Shown: positions 59,729 through 64,000 of the stretch, piece by piece
How positions within the stretch are numbered: the stretch's first letter is position 1
How the letters are laid out: every line of letters begins with the position of its first letter
Assembly: GCA_965222115.1 (NCBI GenBank)
Contig: CBDCTJ010000007.1
Location: 2,496,001 to 2,560,000, forward strand
Reading direction: 5' to 3'
Source: Planctomycetota bacterium
GTDB lineage: Bacteria; Planctomycetota; PLA2; JAEUHO01
DNA length: 64,000 nucleotides
Position numbers and translations under genes: made by a program
Notes under the pieces: generated by a model
The model's database searches: none
What the model was told of the DNA's origin: nothing
The model's input: the letters and a program-made list of their open reading frames with translations, nothing else

Positions 59729-60964
59729 CTATTCGTCGATTTTGTCAATGAGGTCGTACGCGGCCTTGGCTTGGGCCGCGACGGATTTGGTGGATGAATC
59801 TTTGTCGGTCTTCATGGTTTGAAGCCCGCCCTTGTCGCCATACGCGGCAAGCGCTAAGGCAGCACCGAGACGGATCTTGAAGTTCTTGGAACCAAGCTCG
59901 GAAACGAATGTGCTCTTGACGTCGGACAGATCCCACGGCTTCTCAGCGGCCGCGAGACGAAGCGCAAGCTCTTGCACGCGAACATCCGAATCGGATAGCA
60001 ACGTCTTGACCGTAGACTTCTCGCTTGAGACGGCCTTCGCCTTCTCAATCGCACGCAGTGCTTCAAGGCGAACGCGCGCGTCTTTGTCTTTCGCAAGCGT
60101 GACGAAAGTCGAGGTGTTTCCAGACTCACTTCGAGCGCTAAGAGCCGCTGTAGCATGCTCGCGCACGAACCCCGACGTGCTCTTGACAAGCGTCTTGAGT
60201 TCTGAAGAGGCCGAACTTGCATTGCTGTCCGTGACTTCGCCAAGACAGCGCATCGCGAGAACTCGATCTCGATCTTCGCGCTTAGTGTCCACGGCGATCG
60301 CTGCGAGCTTGCCGGGACCCGACGTAGGAATGAAACCGAGCGTGCGAATGGCGGCAAGTTTCGTGAGCCCGGAACTTGCCGCTGCGGCCTCCAGGGCCTT
60401 TGCGCCCGCGCCCGTGGTTCCCTTGAGCGCACGCGCTGCACGCGCCTTGACGCCATCGGCTACGCGATCATCGGCAAGAACGCTCGCAAGCTCAGGAACA
60501 AGCTTGTCACGCGCCTTAGGCGCCTTCTGAAGAATCAGCGCTGCGCTGGCTGCAATGTTGACATTGTCACTCGCCAAGAGATCGCGAAGTGCGCTCACGT
60601 GATCACCACCCACAGGTAGCTTTGAAAGGGAGCGCACAAGACCGGCGCGTGTGACGGCGGAGTGTTTGCCTGCAAGTTCGTCCAAGAGCTTTGTGGCCTG
60701 CTTGCTACCTCCCTTTCCCAGACGATCGCTCGCGTCTTGGCGCTTCTGAGCATCGACGTTCGACAAAAGCGCCAAGTCAGCTTCGTACGGCGTTGGCGCT
60801 GCGGTGATCACCGCTGCTACAAGTGCCACAAGCATCACACCTGCGACAGGTGCAGCGCGCCTCACCTTCTGCGCGCGATCAACGCGACCCGAGGAACCAA
60901 CTTCACGCTCGTGGTCTCGCTTTGGCTCGCGATTCCCCTTCTTATCCAATGTGTCGTTGGTCAT
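59729..60964 (-). CDS. HEAT-repeat protein with signal/TM segment
   Basis: Hydrophobic N-terminal segment; repeats such as VREHATAAL, DARVRLEALRAI, DVRVQELAL, IRLGAALALA. Confidence 0.85.
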   Translation of the reverse strand: MTNDTLDKKGNREPKRDHEREVGSSGRVDRAQKVRRAAPVAGVMLVALVAAVITAAPTPYEADLALLSNVDAQKRQDASDRLGKGGSKQATKLLDELAGKHSAVTRAGLVRSLSKLPVGGDHVSALRDLLASDNVNIAASAALILQKAPKARDKLVPELASVLADDRVADGVKARAARALKGTTGAGAKALEAAAASSGLTKLAAIRTLGFIPTSGPGKLAAIAVDTKREDRDRVLAMRCLGEVTDSNASSASSELKTLVKSTSGFVREHATAALSARSESGNTSTFVTLAKDKDARVRLEALRAIEKAKAVSSEKSTVKTLLSDSDVRVQELALRLAAAEKPWDLSDVKSTFVSELGSKNFKIRLGAALALAAYGDKGGLQTMKTDKDSSTKSVAAQAKAAYDLIDKIDE

Positions 60965-61137
60965 CTGTGCCCCCTAAATGGGGAAGCTATCCACTCCGCG
61001 AGTGGCGCGGATACGTACCCCAATATGTGTGACTGTCGCTCGTTGCGGAGAAAACGAGGAACACGGCGACTCGCGCGTGCTTCTCGACAGCGCGAAATCG
61101 ACACTAGAGACATGCGCGGCCGGTGGCGCGGAAATTC

Positions 61138-62560
61138 GGCTCTACTGCTCTTTGTGTGGGTCGTACATTTGCGATTTCTTGTCCTGCCGCCCCTAAGAGG
61201 GCGCGGACGGCAGGAAAAGAAATGATGTTTGTTTGAACAGGCTGTCACAACCTAGAGGTGCCCACGGGACTCATGTTTCTTTGTTGGTTACGAAATCGAC
61301 AAATCAACAGAGGAGCCCCATGCGCGCCACCACGTTATTGCATCGGATGATCGATGTCCCGGGGATGTACGTCCGATCGGTAGATTTTTCGCTGCGTGGC
61401 GTGATCGCCACGGTGTCTCCGCGCCATCGCCTGCCTCGTTGCAGTGGGTGTGGGGAAAGGGCCCCGGGCTACGATCGGCTGAGATCTAGGTTTTGGCGCC
61501 ACCTGGGGATCGGTTCTACGCGAGTGTGGTTCAGATACTCACCGCGTCGCGTGAACTGCTCCCGTTGCGGCGTGCGAGCCGAGCAAGTGCCGTGGGCTGA
61601 GGCTCAGAGCCGATTCACAAAGGATTTCGAGGAAATGGTGGCGTACTTAGTTCGAACGACGGACAAGACGCAGGTCTCAGTCCAAATGGGCGTGACGTGG
61701 CGAACGGTTGGTTCCATCGTCACGCGTGTCGTCGCGAAACGCCAGGATCCCGACCGACTCTCGAATCTGCGCTGGATTGGCATGGATGAGTTCAGCCATC
61801 TTCGCGGACACAACTTCATTACGTTGGTTGTCGATCACGATCGTCGCCGCGTGGTGTGGGCAGCCGAAGGGAAGGATTCAGCGACGCTACGCAAGTTTTT
61901 CGAAGAGATATCGCCGGAGGACGCTGCCAAGATCGAAGGTGTAACGACGGATCTGGCGGGATGGAACCGCAAAGCCATTGCGACACACATCCCTCAAGCC
62001 CAAGTTGTATTCGATCGCTTTCACATCCAGAAGCTAGCAGGCGTGGCACTCGATGAAGTACGCCGCGAACAGCTACGAGAACTTCGAGGCACTGATCAAG
62101 GTCGGTTCATTTTCTACTCGCGTTACGCAATCCTAAAGAACTACTGTGACCTCGATTCGAAGCAGCGGACCAAGCTCAGCGAGATCGAGCGGACGAACAA
62201 GAAGCTGTATCGCGCTTATCTCCTAAAGGAGTCGCTTGGTGCGGCACTGGATTACCTTCAACCGAAGCGAGCTCGGCGCGCCCTTCGTGAGTGGCTGGCT
62301 TGGGCGTCGCGATCCAAACTCAAACAGTTCGTGCGATTGGCCAAAACGCTTCGGGAGCACTTCGATGGCATCATCGCCTACATCAGTTGCCGCATGACCA
62401 ACGGCATCGTGGAAGGCATCAACAATCGGCTCCGCATGGTGGCTCGACGAGCATACGGATTTCACAGCGCCAAGGCGCTGATCTCTATGTTGTTCCTGTG
62501 CAACGGCGGCATCGAACTCCATCCGAAGTTGCCATGACCCACATGAAGAGCAGGAGACTC
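61138..62560 (+). mobile_element. complete ISL3-family insertion sequence (1,423 bp)
   Basis: IRL GGCTCTACTGCTCTTTGTGTGGG; IRR reverse complement GAGTCTCCTGCTCTTCATGTGGG; 8-bp target duplication GGAAATTC at 61130-61137 and 62561-62568. Confidence 0.93.
61320..62537 (+). CDS. ISL3 family transposase
   Basis: Zn finger CSGC..CSRC, IGMDE, VTTD, DRFH, TNGIVEGINN; AGGAG RBS. Confidence 0.95.
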   Translation: MRATTLLHRMIDVPGMYVRSVDFSLRGVIATVSPRHRLPRCSGCGERAPGYDRLRSRFWRHLGIGSTRVWFRYSPRRVNCSRCGVRAEQVPWAEAQSRFTKDFEEMVAYLVRTTDKTQVSVQMGVTWRTVGSIVTRVVAKRQDPDRLSNLRWIGMDEFSHLRGHNFITLVVDHDRRRVVWAAEGKDSATLRKFFEEISPEDAAKIEGVTTDLAGWNRKAIATHIPQAQVVFDRFHIQKLAGVALDEVRREQLRELRGTDQGRFIFYSRYAILKNYCDLDSKQRTKLSEIERTNKKLYRAYLLKESLGAALDYLQPKRARRALREWLAWASRSKLKQFVRLAKTLREHFDGIIAYISCRMTNGIVEGINNRLRMVARRAYGFHSAKALISMLFLCNGGIELHPKLP

Positions 62561-62820
62561 GGAAATTCTCAACGTTTTTTACATAGAAAACAACCGTGTT
62601 CTTACCAGTACACCGCGTTTGAACGACGCGTCAATCACGATCAAAGATAGCTTGCTTGCGGCTTTGCGAGTTTGGAACACCGTTTGTTGTGAACGCTTGT
62701 TGCATAAATTCGTGTGTGACACAACCGACACGCGTGCGTTACACAAGCAGTCTCGTATGCGCGTGCGGTAGCGCGGACGCATGACGACATGTGAATGCAA
62801 CCGAGGGCACTAAAATTCCG

Positions 62821-62927
62821 CCGCCCATTCAGGGCGGGATGATTGGGTGTGGGTGCAAACCCAGGGTTTCGCGCCGCTTCGCTTGCGCTACACCCTGGGC
62901 TATTGACCCGTGGCCCCTGCGGGGCCG
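62821..62927. repeat. REP-like palindromic cluster
   Basis: CCGCCC-attca-GGGCGG, CCCAGGGT...ACCCTGGG, GGCCCC-tgc-GGGGCC hairpins. Confidence 0.65.
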
Positions 62928-63215
62928 TTGACTGTTTCGTGTAACGCAACCGGCGAGGACATTGATTCTCTTTGTTAGATCCGTCCAGAGTCAAACCGAT
63001 TGCGAACCGTTCTACGTATCAATGATTCGCGTTCACCGTCGCTTGCGCCCTCTGCGGTCCCCGCTTCTCTGCGCGCGGGTACAAACGACTTCACCGGAGA
63101 CGCGCCGTGTCTCGGTGGCGCTTTCGTTCCTTTGCTTCTAAGTGTGACATCTAAGAAAGCTATCTGCTTGCAACCCATTCCACAGTTCCGCGATTCGCGC
63201 CAATCAACGCTTGCG

Positions 63216-63254
63216 CTCTCTGCGTCTCTGCAATTTGGCGTCTCCGCGTGAGAT
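63216..63254 (-). repeat. 39-bp REP-like repeat, right copy A
   Basis: CTCTCTGCGTCTCTGCAATTTGGCGTCTCCGCGTGAGAT, inverted relative to 47595-47633. Confidence 0.75.
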
Positions 63255-63584
63255 GAATCACGTGCGACCGCACAGGACCCGCTCACACTCCACATAAAGT
63301 GTGAATTCGGCCCTGACACAGTATCGCGGAGTCTTTCCAGCCAGGTACGTGTATGAAAATCAGACACCATGTCGTTGTTGCCCAGTTCACGCGCCTCTTG
63401 ATTCGGCCCCTCGATGCGCACCGCGCGAATCAGAGATTCACTTGTGCTTACTCGGGATCTCCGATTCGCCGGGTCTTCGACCGGACAAATCTCCGACACG
63501 ATTCTTGACGTGTTTACACATCCTGTCGCGGAGTCTACAGGAGCTCGACTCCGCCCATGCCAAGACGCGCTCCCCACGCTTGCG

Positions 63585-63623
63585 CCCTCCGCGCCTCGGC
63601 AACTTGGCGTCCCTGCGTGAGAT
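63585..63623 (-). repeat. 39-bp REP-like repeat, right copy B
   Basis: CCCTCCGCGCCTCGGCAACTTGGCGTCCCTGCGTGAGAT; shares the ACGCTTGCG flank with copy A. Confidence 0.7.
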
Positions 63624-63650
63624 AAATCGCCTACGACGACAAGCGTGCCG

Positions 63651-64000
63651 CTACTTCTGCAGGTTCGACGGCACCCCGTTGGGGAAGATCTCCTTGATGC
63701 GCTGCTCGATTACGGCGATTCGCTTCTCGGATGGGGGGTGCGTGCTGAGCATGGCGGGGGGCTTGCGACCGCCACTTGCTTCCGCAAGGATCTTCATTAC
63801 GCCGATCAGCGCGCGCGGGTCATAGCCGGCTTTCACCAACAGGTCCACGCCTATGCGATCGCTCTCGAGTTCGTCTTCACGACCATACTTCATATTGATC
63901 ATGTTACCGATCATCTGAATTACGCCCTTGCTGCGTCGGCTCGCCGGGTTGCGTGGATCGTAGGTGGCGATGACGGCCGCGCCGCTCAACCCTTGGGTCA
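63651..64000 (-). CDS. M48 family metallopeptidase, C-terminal part (gene starts beyond window)
   Basis: YGREDELESD..G, AGYDPRA, LSTHP....RI. Confidence 0.85.
   Translation of the reverse strand, partial: TQGLSGAAVIATYDPRNPASRRSKGVIQMIGNMINMKYGREDELESDRIGVDLLVKAGYDPRALIGVMKILAEASGGRKPPAMLSTHPPSEKRIAVIEQRIKEIFPNGVPSNLQK

Noticed and set aside
51544-61249. Tn7-like transposon with TGT...ACA ends carrying TPR-Rhs-HEAT
   Set aside because: No 5-bp target duplication or tns genes; the inverted repeat is explained as ISL3 left-end sequence
62975-63577. 200-aa minus-strand ORF
   Set aside because: Runs through repeat elements, lacks an RBS and has no family motifs
63040-63623. CRISPR array
   Set aside because: Repeats are few and divergent, spacers are long and unequal, and no cas genes are in the window

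Overview
GC-rich bacterial DNA, probably Planctomycetota (inferred from a BBP7-like beta-barrel, a squalene-cyclase-repeat protein and a PVC-type cytochrome c biogenesis trio). Bases 1-47.5 kb are mostly housekeeping: a 2-oxoacid dehydrogenase operon with two E1-alpha genes, glycosyltransferases, clpS, a TonB receptor, RNase HIII, an ABC exporter pair, a VLRF1-type release-factor homolog, gcvP, system II cytochrome c biogenesis, thyA-folA, dapE-dapD, a DUF455/ATP-grasp/CYTH/salicylyl-CoA hydroxylase run and a TrmH-family gene. Bases 47.6-63.6 kb form an accessory island between two convergent genes, bracketed by inverted 39-bp repeats. It holds a HEAT-repeat gene, a membrane-anchored 2,077-aa Rhs/YD protein, a TPR gene, an ISL3 end remnant, an orphan Rhs cassette with a different tip, an LRR gene and an intact ISL3 with an 8-bp target duplication. 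The best hidden signal is a gene at 16049-16969 with an in-frame TGA followed by a SECIS-like hairpin, a candidate new exported selenoprotein. All calls come from reading motifs by eye; no searches were run.
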